A stretch of DNA of 31,107 nucleotides from the IMG/VR virus record IMGVR_UViG_2713896798_000014; one strand, 5' to 3'. The translations under genes were made by a program, and so were the position numbers. Shown here piece by piece: positions 8,857 through 17,296 of this stretch. The DNA comes from a virus. Taxonomy: Duplodnaviria > Heunggongvirae > Uroviricota > Caudoviricetes. Under the pieces are notes generated by a model, which did not search any database, was not told where the DNA came from, and saw only the letters and a list, made by a program, of their open reading frames with translations. Positions within the stretch are counted from its first letter, which is position 1; each line of letters starts with the position of its first letter.

Positions 8857-9455
8857 ACAGTTTAACGGCAAATAACCGTTTGTCGCAACAGCTGGTGGTC
8901 AGTGTCGCTGCACACCTGTTGTTACGGCATGAATGCAGATTACCAAATCACCTGGCTGTAAGTAACCACAGAGAACTTTACCTGACTGTGGGGGGCGAGT
9001 TGTGCAGGAACTTAACCGCTGGTTTCGTGACGGAAGAGGACTTTATGTTCATGTTATTCGTTGGGAGCCAGAAACACAGCGCGTTATCTATCTTCGCAAA
9101 GACTACCCGCATGAGTGCTTTAGTCCTTTGTGGAAATTCAGGCGTGATTTTGTTGAGTGTGAAGGACCACCAGCATATTGACTCTGCAATTCCGGGACGT
9201 TACACTGTTCAGGCACCTTATAAAGCGGGTGCCGGGATTGGCGTCCTGAAATTGTCAACGGCGATGTATGACGCGCCAGCGTCTTTTTTATCGTCCGCAT
9301 TTGCTCACATCCAGATTATGGTGGGCTGGGCGGGGGCACCGAAAGGTGCGCCGGTCTCCGTTGACGCCGGTTACGCCAACCCCGTCCAGTTCACCACCAG
9401 TGAAATTGGCGTTTCCGGTGGTGGAAGTTTTTCACTGTCAACGGAGGCTGCCATC
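8853..9455 (+). other. ambiguous coding segment (two competing frames, G6 tract at junction)
   Basis: Frame of 8853 stays open into the Rha gene but reads as low-complexity; a protein-like 59-codon ORF lies in the -1 frame (9002-9181, ...NRWFRDGRGLYVHVIRWEPETQRVIYLRKDYPHECF...); G6 run at 8990-8995 where the frames meet. Confidence 0.3.
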
Positions 9456-10013
9456 ATGGCTACGATCCAAGCCCTCACTCAACCTGAAATCACCATTGAC
9501 AACGGCCAGGCCGTTACCACTTCTTTGGCTGTTGCCAACTTCTTCTCCAAGCGTCACGACGATGTGCTGAAAAAGATCCGCACTCTGGATTGTTCCCCTG
9601 AGTTTTGTGCCCGCAATTTTGCGGAGACATCGATTTCGGTAAATCAACCGAACGGTGGTACACGCAAGCTCCCTTGCTATCAAATCACACGAGACGGTTT
9701 TGCGTTTCTTGCTATGGGTTTCACGGGTAAACGTGCTGCCCGGTTCAAAGAGGCATACATCAATGCCTTTAACCAGATGGAAAAACTGCTTTCAAAGCCA
9801 TCCACGCTGAGCGATGCCGCAGATAACGCCAGCGTGCTTTACTCCCACCTGTCGGTAATCCACAAGGTCTGGCTGCAGCAGCTTTATCCTATGTTGGCAA
9901 AAGCTGAATCTCCGCTGGCTGTTAGCTTATATGATTATATTAATGATGCTTCGGCGCTGGCCTGCCTCATAAATTTGTCGCTGAACCCTTCAGAGGTAAG
10001 GGGGCGCAAATGA
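9456..10013 (+). CDS. Rha-family phage regulatory protein
   Basis: N-terminus MATIQALTQPEITIDNGQAVTTSLAVANFFSKRHDDVLKKIRTL matches Rha-domain pattern; GGAGG 7 nt upstream of ATG 9456; track reports this as the C-terminus of a 386-aa ORF. Confidence 0.65.
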   Translation: MATIQALTQPEITIDNGQAVTTSLAVANFFSKRHDDVLKKIRTLDCSPEFCARNFAETSISVNQPNGGTRKLPCYQITRDGFAFLAMGFTGKRAARFKEAYINAFNQMEKLLSKPSTLSDAADNASVLYSHLSVIHKVWLQQLYPMLAKAESPLAVSLYDYINDASALACLINLSLNPSEVRGRK

Positions 10014-10234
10014 TCCGGAATATTTTCAAACGGTTTACCAATCAGACTTTCCGTTGTCCTCGTCCGGGTCAGTGGTACACCACACCTGCAGGGCATGTTC
10101 TACGTGTTAGCCTGGTTGACCGTGAATGTCAGAAGGTGATTTGTGAACCGCTTGGCCGTAATTACCGCGTCAGTATGCCGCTTATAGCCTTTCGCTCCGG
10201 AAAAAACATGAAGCATCTCGGAGGTGCAGCATGA
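10010..10234 (+). CDS. hypothetical small protein
   Basis: 74-aa ORF coupled at both ends (ATGA overlaps at 10010 and 10231); no family recognised. Confidence 0.4.
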   Translation: MIRNIFKRFTNQTFRCPRPGQWYTTPAGHVLRVSLVDRECQKVICEPLGRNYRVSMPLIAFRSGKNMKHLGGAA

Positions 10235-11049
10235 GTATGGAGCTGATGGTTAAAGCGATGAAAATTCGAGTGGGTAATCCATTGCGAAAACTGGTTCTGA
10301 TCAAGCTGGCTGATAATGCCAGCGATCAGGGTGAGTGCTGGCCCAGCTACCAGCATATTGCTGACCAGTGCGAGATTAGCAAACGTTCTGTGATGAATCA
10401 TATTGCGGCTCTTTGTGATTCCGGACTGGTAAAAAAAGTCACCCGGAAAGGTGAAAAAGGTAACTCAAGTAATATCTATCTCCTTCATCTTGATGGTGCA
10501 GGAGATTCACTAGGGGGTAGTGCAAATAATTCACTATCTGGTGCAGCAAATTCACCAGGTAGTGCAGGAGTTGCACCAGGGGGTGGTGCAGGAGATTCAC
10601 CCAGAACCAGTCACTCTTTTGAACCAGTCAAAGAACCAGTCAATGAACCAATAGCTGTTGGTGCATCTGCTGATGAGTCTGTGCGAGTTCGTTCAAACCG
10701 ACCGGAATACTCTCCGGAGTTTGAGCTGGCATGGCTGGCATACCCCAAACGTGCTGGTGGCAATTCAAAATCTGCAGCCTTCAAAGCCTGGAAAGCCCGT
10801 TTGAATGAGGGGGTAAAACCCGAAACCATGCTGGAAGGTGTGAAACGCTACGCGGGCTGGGTATCTGCGATGGGTAACAGCGGCACACAATTTGTGAAAC
10901 AGGCTGTCACGTTCTTTGGCCCGGATCGTCATTTCGAAGAGTCCTGGGAAGTTCCTGCGGTATCTGCAGCCAGACGCGAGGACCCGTACTTCAAAGCCAG
11001 TTACGACAACGTGGACTACAGCCAGATCCCGGCAGGATTCAGGGGGTGA
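10231..11049 (+). CDS. replication-initiator-like protein (O-like, N-terminal HTH) containing iterons
   Basis: GGAGG 6 nt upstream; N-terminal winged-helix-like segment; Gly/Ser/Ala-rich linker encoded by ~22-bp direct repeats, analogous to lambda O/ori. Confidence 0.55.
   Translation: MSMELMVKAMKIRVGNPLRKLVLIKLADNASDQGECWPSYQHIADQCEISKRSVMNHIAALCDSGLVKKVTRKGEKGNSSNIYLLHLDGAGDSLGGSANNSLSGAANSPGSAGVAPGGGAGDSPRTSHSFEPVKEPVNEPIAVGASADESVRVRSNRPEYSPEFELAWLAYPKRAGGNSKSAAFKAWKARLNEGVKPETMLEGVKRYAGWVSAMGNSGTQFVKQAVTFFGPDRHFEESWEVPAVSAARREDPYFKASYDNVDYSQIPAGFRG
10495..10650. repeat. iteron-like direct repeats, candidate phage replication origin
   Basis: Five ~21-24-bp units each with GTGCA...TTCAC (GTGCA at 10497, 10520, 10541, 10562, 10586), then three copies of GAACCAGTCA (10604, 10621, 10633). 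Confidence 0.55.
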
Positions 11050-11051
11050 TC

Positions 11052-11144
11052 ATGAGTCTGTTAAATGACGTTCAGAAATTCATTGAAGCCCATCCGGGCT
11101 GTACTTCCGGAGACATTGCGGATGCTTTTTACGTGGGGGCTTAA
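11052..11144 (+). CDS. possible small ORF (30 aa)
   Basis: GGGGG 5 nt upstream; coupled to flanking genes (stop TAATG overlaps the methylase start). Confidence 0.3.
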   Translation: MSLLNDVQKFIEAHPGCTSGDIADAFYVGA

Positions 11145-11797
11145 TGAGTAATAAATATTGCCAGGCGCTGGTAGAACTGCGGAACAAACCAGCCCATGAA
11201 CTGAAGGAAGTGGGCGATCAGTGGCGCACGCCGGACAACATTTTCTGGGGAATTAACACCTTGTTTGGTCCGTTTGTTCTGGATCTGTTCACTGACGGTG
11301 ATAACGCCAAATGTGCCGCGTATTACACGGCGGAAGACAACGCGCTGGCGCATGACTGGTCAGAACGTCTTGCGGAGCTTAAAGGTGCTGCCTTTGGCAA
11401 TCCCCCGTACAGCCGCGCCAGTCAGCATGAGGGGCAATACATCACCGGCATGCGTTACATCATGAAGCATGCCAGTGCCATGCGTGATAAAGGCGGGCGC
11501 TATGTTTTCCTGATCAAAGCTGCCACCAGCGAAGTGTGGTGGCCGGAAGATGCAGATCATATTGCTTTTATTCGCGGGCGTATTGGTTTTGAACTGCCTG
11601 CCTGGTTTATCCCGAAAGACGAAAAGCAGGTGCCAACAGGTGCTTTCTTCGCTGGTGCTATTGCTGTTTTCGACAAGACCTGGAAGGGACCGGCAATCAG
11701 CTACATCGGGCGCGATGAACTTGAGGCATGTGGTGAGGCATTTCTGGCGCAGGTTCGCCAGCAGGCGGAAAAACTGGTCAGGGAGATGGTGGCATGA
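11144..11797 (+). CDS. phage N6-adenine DNA methyltransferase (Dam-like)
   Basis: Catalytic motif FGNPPYS; 217 aa typical of phage Dam family. Confidence 0.75.
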   Translation: MSNKYCQALVELRNKPAHELKEVGDQWRTPDNIFWGINTLFGPFVLDLFTDGDNAKCAAYYTAEDNALAHDWSERLAELKGAAFGNPPYSRASQHEGQYITGMRYIMKHASAMRDKGGRYVFLIKAATSEVWWPEDADHIAFIRGRIGFELPAWFIPKDEKQVPTGAFFAGAIAVFDKTWKGPAISYIGRDELEACGEAFLAQVRQQAEKLVREMVA

Positions 11798-12183
11798 AGC
11801 TAATACTGCCTTTTCCGCCCAGCGTGAACACGTACTGGCGACACCCCAACAAAGGGGCATTTGCTGGTAAGAGCCTGATAAGCGAGGCGGGGCGAAAATT
11901 TCAGAGCGCGGCGTGTGCCGCCATCATTGAGCAGTTACGTCGTCTGCCGAAACCAACGTCGGCACCTGCTTCAGTGGAGATCGTGTTGTTTCCTCCGGAT
12001 AACAGGATCCGCGATCTGGACAACTATAACAAGGCGCTGTTTGACGCCCTGACCCACGCGGGTGTGTGGGAAGACGACAGTCAGGTGAAAAGAATGCTGG
12101 TGGAGTGGGGACCGGTTATCCCGAAAGGGAAGGTCGAGATCACTATCAGTAAGTACGAGAAAACGGCGGGTGCAGCCGCCTGA
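11794..12183 (+). CDS. rusA: RusA Holliday-junction resolvase
   Basis: 129 aa; N-terminal MKLILPFPPSVNTYW and acidic catalytic region DNRIRDLDNYNKALFDAL typical of RusA. Confidence 0.8.
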   Translation: MKLILPFPPSVNTYWRHPNKGAFAGKSLISEAGRKFQSAACAAIIEQLRRLPKPTSAPASVEIVLFPPDNRIRDLDNYNKALFDALTHAGVWEDDSQVKRMLVEWGPVIPKGKVEITISKYEKTAGAAA

Positions 12184-12202
12184 TCAAGAGGAGAAACGAA
12201 GT

Positions 12203-13012
12203 ATGAATAATCTGATGGTCATTGATGGTATTGAAGTTCGTCGTGATGTTTATGGGCGTTACAGCCTGAACGATCTACATCGCGCAGCAGTAGCATCTGG
12301 TGCAAATGCCAGAACCAAGGAGCCAGGAAAGTTTCTTTCCAGCCAACAAACTGTTGAGCTTGTTCATGAATTGACCAACACCCAGAATTTGGGTGTTGAC
12401 CCGGTGAGTGTGATTCATGGGGGAAATGAACGGGGAACGTATGTCTGCAAGGAACTGGTGTATGCCTATGCAATGTGGATCAGCCCGTCATTCCATCTGA
12501 AGGTGATCCGTACTTTCGACATGGTAACCAGCGCACCGGAAAAATTATCCGGACAGGCTGCTGACAAGATGCAGGCTGGTGTGATTCTGCTGGACTTTAT
12601 GCGCCGGGAATTAAACCTGTCTAACTCTTCAGTGCTTGGTGCCTGTCAGAAACTCCAGGAGGCTGTTGGCTTACCGAATCTGGCACCGCGCTATGCCATT
12701 GATGCTCCTGCTGACGCGCCTGATGGCTCAAGCCGCCCCACGCTGTCACTGAGTGCACTGCTGAAGCAGTATGGTATCCGCCTGACAGCTAATCAGGCAT
12801 ATCACCAGATGGCGAAGCTGGGGATCGTTGAACAACGCGAACGATACAGTCGTACCGCGATTAACAACATCAAAAAATTCTGGTCGCTGACCGCGAAAGG
12901 CTGCATGTTCGGCAAGAACATCACCAGTCCTGCAAATCCGCGCGAGACGCAGCCGCATTTCTTCGAATCCCGATTCCCTGAGCTGTTAAAGCTGCTCGAT
13001 ACCGTTCATTGA
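12203..13012 (+). CDS. KilA-N domain protein
   Basis: N-terminus MNNLMVIDGIEVRRDVYGRYSLNDLHRAA fits KilA-N pattern; AAGAGGAG upstream of ATG 12203 (track start GTG 12170). Confidence 0.6.
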   Translation: MNNLMVIDGIEVRRDVYGRYSLNDLHRAAVASGANARTKEPGKFLSSQQTVELVHELTNTQNLGVDPVSVIHGGNERGTYVCKELVYAYAMWISPSFHLKVIRTFDMVTSAPEKLSGQAADKMQAGVILLDFMRRELNLSNSSVLGACQKLQEAVGLPNLAPRYAIDAPADAPDGSSRPTLSLSALLKQYGIRLTANQAYHQMAKLGIVEQRERYSRTAINNIKKFWSLTAKGCMFGKNITSPANPRETQPHFFESRFPELLKLLDTVH

Positions 13013-13013
13013 G

Positions 13014-14009
13014 GTGACCGTGAGAGCACTACTGACCCCTGAAATTGCCCCGCGTATGGGGATCGTATTGTTCAGACCAGGTTCAGAGCTGATGCCCCTG
13101 TTTATGCAGGGGCGTGTCCTGTTGGAGCCTGAGCCGGAACGTTATTCATCTTTCGCCAGTGGTGCCGTACCGGCGGCATCACAACCGCTGGCGGATGATC
13201 CTGCCGTTCGGGCCGTGTTCCGCAATGAGGCAGTGATCCGTCGTGCTGGTGGCGTGGAATGTCTTGAAAGCTGGTTACTTCGTGAAAAAGGCTGCCAGTG
13301 GCCTCATTCCGACTGGCACAGCGAGAACATGACAACAATGCGGCACGCGCCGGGCGCAATCCGTCTGTGCTGGCACTGCGATAACCAGCTGCGCGATCAG
13401 TTCACGGAACGACTGGAATCAATGGCAACGGATAACTGTGCCCGCTGGGTGTTGTCTGTTGTGCGTCGGGATCTCGGTTTTGATGATAGTCACGTTGTGA
13501 CAATGCCGGAACTGTGCTGGTGGCTGATTCGTAATGACCTGGCGGATGTCTTACCGGAAAGTGCAGCCCGTAAGGCACTGAGATTACCAAAGCCTGTTGT
13601 GCCGTCTGTCACCCGGGAAAGTGACCTTGTGCCTTCGGTTCCTGCCACCAGCATCATCCAGGATAAGGCAAAAAAGGTGCTGGCGCTGAAAGTGGATCCG
13701 GAGTCGCCGGAGTCTTTTATGTTACGCCCAAAACGTCGCCGCTGGGTTAATGAAAAGTACACGCGCTGGGTTAAGACGCAGCCGTGCGCATGTTGTGGAA
13801 AGCCTGCTGATGATCCCCACCACCTGATAGGTCACGGTCAGGGTGGAATGGCTACAAAAGCGCATGACCTCTTTGTGTTGCCTTTGTGCAGAAAGCATCA
13901 CGACGAGCTGCATGCGGATACCGTGGCATTTGAAGAGAAGTATGGCTCCCAGCTGGAGCTGATATTTCGTTTTATCGATCGTGCGCTGGCAATAGGCGTG
14001 CTGGCCTGA
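13014..14009 (+). CDS. DUF968-family phage protein (HNH-like Cys/His C-terminal motif)
   Basis: C-terminal CACCGKPADDPHHL...CRKHHDELH cluster; position in the nin-like region upstream of Q. Confidence 0.6.
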   Translation: MTVRALLTPEIAPRMGIVLFRPGSELMPLFMQGRVLLEPEPERYSSFASGAVPAASQPLADDPAVRAVFRNEAVIRRAGGVECLESWLLREKGCQWPHSDWHSENMTTMRHAPGAIRLCWHCDNQLRDQFTERLESMATDNCARWVLSVVRRDLGFDDSHVVTMPELCWWLIRNDLADVLPESAARKALRLPKPVVPSVTRESDLVPSVPATSIIQDKAKKVLALKVDPESPESFMLRPKRRRWVNEKYTRWVKTQPCACCGKPADDPHHLIGHGQGGMATKAHDLFVLPLCRKHHDELHADTVAFEEKYGSQLELIFRFIDRALAIGVLA

Positions 14010-14026
14010 TTTTGTGGAGAAAGTTG

Positions 14027-14398
14027 ATGCGTGATATTCAAATGGTTCTTGAACGTTGGGGGGCATGGGTGGCAAATAATCACGAGGATGTGGAATGGTC
14101 ATCTGTTGCTGCAGGTTTTAAGGGATTAATTCCTTCGAAAGTAAAATCCCGCCCGCAATGTAGCGATGACGATGGCCTGATCATTAGCTCTGCGATGACA
14201 GTTCTTAAGAAAAAGGAACCGTATCAATACGAATTACTGGAAATGTATTATGTGTATGGGGTTACATTACGGGCGTTGGGGGTAAAACTGGGGATATCAC
14301 TTAATCAGGTTGTTATCAGACTGCAGAAAGCTGAAGGGTTTATTGACGGTTGTCTGGCAATGTTGGGGGTATCTTTAGAAATTGATTGTTACATATAG
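14027..14398 (+). CDS. Q: late-gene antiterminator Q-like protein
   Basis: Position immediately upstream of the late region; GGAGA 6 nt upstream of ATG 14027; family assignment from recollection of Q-like sequences. Confidence 0.6.
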   Translation: MRDIQMVLERWGAWVANNHEDVEWSSVAAGFKGLIPSKVKSRPQCSDDDGLIISSAMTVLKKKEPYQYELLEMYYVYGVTLRALGVKLGISLNQVVIRLQKAEGFIDGCLAMLGVSLEIDCYI

Positions 14399-14431
14399 TA
14401 ATAAATTCAATCAAAGTAAATAATCATATTT

Positions 14432-14470
14432 TATAATAACCTCCTGATGATACCTGTTCATTGGGAGGTT
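14432..14470 (+). promoter_or_regulatory. consensus -10 (TATAAT) plus hairpin sequestering the downstream Shine-Dalgarno
   Basis: TATAAT at 14432-14437, 34 nt after the Q stop; perfect 7-bp inverted repeat AACCTCC (14438-14444)/GGAGGTT (14464-14470) whose 3' arm overlaps the GGGAGG ribosome-binding site. Confidence 0.4.
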
Positions 14471-14473
14471 ATT

Positions 14474-15091
14474 ATGGATAAAAATGTAGAGCATGTATTA
14501 GTTGATGCAATTGAAAATAAGCAATCTTTAACAGTCGTTTACTTAGGAGGGAGCCAGCCCGGAACATTAAGGAATATTTCTCCGATTAGTATAAATGGGG
14601 ATAAATTGCGGGCAAGATGCCATAGTTCTGGAGCAGTAAAGGTTTTCAATCTTGGGAAAATACAGTTACCCAGTGACTCCTGCGCGGTATCTATGCACTA
14701 TGGAGATTTAGAAGTTAAAGCTTATGAGACGATGCAGAGCGTAAATGACAACTTTCATGCCCTTTATCCTGAAGGACGATGGGGTGTTGATTTTAATGAG
14801 CATCGCTTTGCTTTATTTGATTTTTTTAAAAACGGGAAACGAAAAAAAACGGCATTTATGGCAATTGAGTTCAGGGAAAGAGATGAAGAGAAAATAATAA
14901 CAGGTGTAACAATTGATATTGGTATATCTGGAACAGTGATTTCTGAGAAGTCCCGAATCCCAAAAAGACGACCATGGGTAGTGGTTGGTCCCGAACACGG
15001 AGAATACAGTACTTATTCAACTTTGGACAAGGCTGCTACAGCGTTTTTTGAGAGGCTTTCGTTGATAGCATCCGGCCTGGAAGATAATTGA
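14474..15091 (+). CDS. hypothetical protein with N-terminal WYL-like domain (cargo gene)
   Basis: 205 aa; N-terminal LTVVYLGGSQPGTLRNISPISINGDKLRARCHSSGAVKVFNLGKI fits the WYL pattern as I recall it; visibly AT-rich; start at 14474 (GGGAGG + 5 nt) preferred over track ATG 14447. Confidence 0.55.
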   Translation: MDKNVEHVLVDAIENKQSLTVVYLGGSQPGTLRNISPISINGDKLRARCHSSGAVKVFNLGKIQLPSDSCAVSMHYGDLEVKAYETMQSVNDNFHALYPEGRWGVDFNEHRFALFDFFKNGKRKKTAFMAIEFRERDEEKIITGVTIDIGISGTVISEKSRIPKRRPWVVVGPEHGEYSTYSTLDKAATAFFERLSLIASGLEDN

Positions 15092-15224
15092 TTTTATGTT
15101 TGGTATTCAGAGTTCTCCGTGCTTAAGAAAGTCAAGATTCTAAAAATACTGAATGAGCTACTTGTGTTATAACAAAAATGCTATTAGTGTGTTAAGAGTG
15201 GTTACTTCGCCACACAACTTAAAC

Positions 15225-15245
15225 CCGCCGCTGAGCGGTTTTTTT
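15225..15245 (+). terminator. candidate weak rho-independent terminator
   Basis: Short GC stem (CCGC/GCGG) followed by T7 run. Confidence 0.35.
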
Positions 15246-15369
15246 GTACCTGTAAACCTGGTGCAGTACAGTAAACACGCTGGTGGTCGTGAATACTGGC
15301 TTTTTATCTTGCTGGCTTTTTAGACAAGAGTTATTGGTATGTCACGTTAACCGGAAAGGGTAAAAAGAC

Positions 15370-15567
15370 ATGCTGAAACAGCAGGATATGACAGAAACCG
15401 CCAGAGTTGTGTTTGATGAATTAAGCGTTACCGAACCGGCGACAGTCGGGGAGATTGCGCAGAATACTTACCTTTCACGCGAACGCTGCCAGTTAATACT
15501 GACCCAGCTTGTTATGGCGGGTCTGGCAGACTATCAGTGCGGTTGTTACAGACGCCTTCAGTCCTGA
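15370..15567 (+). CDS. small putative DNA-binding protein (winged-helix-like)
   Basis: 65 aa; segment ATVGEIAQNTYLSRERCQLILTQLVMAGL looks HTH-like; followed directly by a strong terminator. Confidence 0.45.
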   Translation: MLKQQDMTETARVVFDELSVTEPATVGEIAQNTYLSRERCQLILTQLVMAGLADYQCGCYRRLQS

Positions 15568-15580
15568 AGGCTTTTTATTT
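15554..15580 (+). terminator. rho-independent terminator
   Basis: 7-bp stem GCCTTCA/TGAAGGC with 4-nt loop, then TTTTTATTT; overlaps the stop codon. Confidence 0.7.
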
Positions 15581-15635
15581 GTGGTGAATGGGCGGCTGGT
15601 GGGGGGGCGACACCTGTCAGTCCTTTGCTTATGTG

Positions 15636-15666
15636 TTGATGATAATTTACCTTTTGGGGCTATAAT
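15636..15666 (+). promoter_or_regulatory. candidate promoter for the AraC-family gene
   Basis: Perfect TATAAT at 15661-15666, 36 nt before ATG 15702; weak -35 TTGATG with a long spacer; a G7 run lies just upstream (15601-15607). Confidence 0.35.
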
Positions 15667-15701
15667 TGAGCTAACCAATTGCTAATGAAAGTAAAATTAT
15701 A

Positions 15702-16415
15702 ATGGCTGTTGTCTGTTCAGTTATCATGGTTTGCTCCCCAATTAATATTTTTCTTGAAAAGGATACGTTGTCACTTAAGCCAGGCTCAGTTGTTCTGGCC
15801 ACCAAATGCATCAGGGAGCTTTTCCTTATGCATTATGGCAAAGTTAAAATTGTCGATATAAGCGAATCCGTCGTAAGTCAATATCTGGAAAGTCAGCATA
15901 AGCTGACGAGGACTCGTCTGACTGACATTCCGCTTTACCTGTTGCTGGAACCCAACAATCCTGCGTTGGCTGCGGCTTTAATTACCAGCCAGGGATTTTC
16001 CGGAGAGGCCACGGATATGTTTCTTATGATGGCCTGCCTGTCTCTGTTTGAAACAGATGAACGGATGTCATTGTTTTTAAGTGGATGTTTATCCAGCATA
16101 AGTGCCAAAGTCAGGGCGATAATTCAGACAGATATATCAGCAAGCTGGACGCTTGGTGCGATTGCTCTACAGTTGCATATGAGTGAGAGTTTGTTAAAGA
16201 CAAAACTGAAAAATGAAGGGGGCATGTTCAGTCGCTTGTTGCTGGAAGAGCGGATGCGTGTTGCTGTAAATATGTTATGTTCCCGGCATGGATATGGACA
16301 GGCTATAGCAGAAAAATGCGGTTATTCAAGCAGGTCCTACTTTATTTCTGTATTTCACCGCTATTATGGCTTCCCGCCAGACAGATATGTATCCAGGCAA
16401 GGGCTTGATTATTGA
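15702..16415 (+). CDS. AraC/XylS-family transcriptional regulator
   Basis: C-terminal double HTH (WTLGAIALQLHMSESLLKTKLK...GYSSRSYFISVFHRYYGFPPDRY); AT-rich; start uncertain (15702 or 15828). Confidence 0.75.
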   Translation: MAVVCSVIMVCSPINIFLEKDTLSLKPGSVVLATKCIRELFLMHYGKVKIVDISESVVSQYLESQHKLTRTRLTDIPLYLLLEPNNPALAAALITSQGFSGEATDMFLMMACLSLFETDERMSLFLSGCLSSISAKVRAIIQTDISASWTLGAIALQLHMSESLLKTKLKNEGGMFSRLLLEERMRVAVNMLCSRHGYGQAIAEKCGYSSRSYFISVFHRYYGFPPDRYVSRQGLDY

Positions 16416-16443
16416 TTTTCATCTGATTATTATTTTTTGGCTC

Positions 16444-16519
16444 GGCCCTTTAGCTCAGTGGTGAGAGCGAGCGACTCATAATCGCCAGGTCGCTGGTTCA
16501 AATCCAGCAAGGGCCACCA
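16444..16519 (+). tRNA. tRNA with CAU anticodon (Ile2/Met-type, ileZ-like)
   Basis: 76 nt; acceptor stem GGCCCTT/AAGGGCC, anticodon loop CTCATAA, T-loop GGTTCAAATCC, 3' CCA. Confidence 0.8.
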
Positions 16520-16528
16520 TATTACATA

Positions 16529-16605
16529 CCGCTATTAGCTCATCGGGACAGAGCGCCAGCCTTCGAAGCTGGCTGCGCGGGGTTCAAGTCCCCGATGGCG
16601 GTCCA
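16529..16605 (+). tRNA. tRNA-Arg (anticodon UCG)
   Basis: 77 nt; anticodon stem CCAGC/GCTGG with loop CTTCGAA; T-loop GGTTCAAGTCC; 3' CCA. Confidence 0.8.
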
Positions 16606-16618
16606 TTATCAGCATCAT

Positions 16619-16695
16619 GCGTTGTTAGCTCAGTCGGACAGAGCAATTGCCTTCTAAGCAATCGGTCAGTGGTTAGACTCCACTACAACGCGCCA
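16619..16695 (+). tRNA. tRNA-Arg (anticodon UCU)
   Basis: 77 nt; anticodon stem ATTGC/GCAAT with loop CTTCTAA; 3' CCA. Confidence 0.8.
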
Positions 16696-16708
16696 CACTT
16701 ATTTTCCA

Positions 16709-16734
16709 GGCTCGCTTCGGCGGGCCTTTTTTGT
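16709..16734 (+). terminator. rho-independent terminator after the tRNA cluster
   Basis: GGCTCGC-TTCG-GCGGGCC hairpin followed by TTTTTTGT. Confidence 0.65.
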
Positions 16735-16864
16735 ATCTGCGCCACGCCCGGCGCATATCAACCACAGAGCCTTTCGGGGGTGAGCTTACGGAGTGGTCAG
16801 TGTGACTTTCTCTGTGGGCAGATCGCTCCCGGGCGTTGGCTCACCCACCCAAAGGAACGTCACG

Positions 16865-17296
16865 ATGTTTGGAATCTTCAAAAAGAAAACCCGCAGAGCG
16901 GCAGCGGAAATTAAAAAGTTTGAGAAACGCGATCTGGCACAGGCGGTGATTAACGCTGCATACCTGGTGGCCTATGCAGATGGTGAATGCGAGGCATCCG
17001 AGAAAGCGAAGATCGAACAGGTCTTACGTAATCAGCCTGCGTTGTCTGCGTTTACCTCGGAAATTAATGCGATTAGCGCAACCATTATCGGTCAGCTGGA
17101 TACCAATTTTAAAATTGGTCGTCGTGCCGCGTTACGCGAGATTGAGGATGTGAAACACGATACGCGTGAAGCGGAAGATGTGCTGGATGTGGCGGTGGCC
17201 ATTGCGGAGGCAGACGGCGAAATTGAGCCGGAAGAGCGCAAGGTGCTGGAAGAGATTGCCGGTGTTCTGGGTCTTCGTCTGGAGAATCACCTGTGA
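16865..17296 (+). CDS. TerB-like domain protein
   Basis: Two repeats of the ...A.ADGE.E..E pattern (AAYLVAYADGECEASEKAKIEQVL; VAVAIAEADGEIEPEERKVLEEI); start at ATG 16865 with AGGAA upstream. Confidence 0.65.
   Translation: MFGIFKKKTRRAAAEIKKFEKRDLAQAVINAAYLVAYADGECEASEKAKIEQVLRNQPALSAFTSEINAISATIIGQLDTNFKIGRRAALREIEDVKHDTREAEDVLDVAVAIAEADGEIEPEERKVLEEIAGVLGLRLENHL

Noticed and set aside
8853-10013. Single 386-aa protein as given in the track
   Set aside because: The Rha domain begins with its own GGAGG-ATG at 9456 and the upstream 200 codons are low-complexity; treated as a separate ambiguous segment.
14447-14473. Track start codon (ATG 14447) for the WYL-like gene
   Set aside because: It is preceded by CCTCC rather than a ribosome-binding site; ATG 14474 has GGGAGG at ideal spacing.
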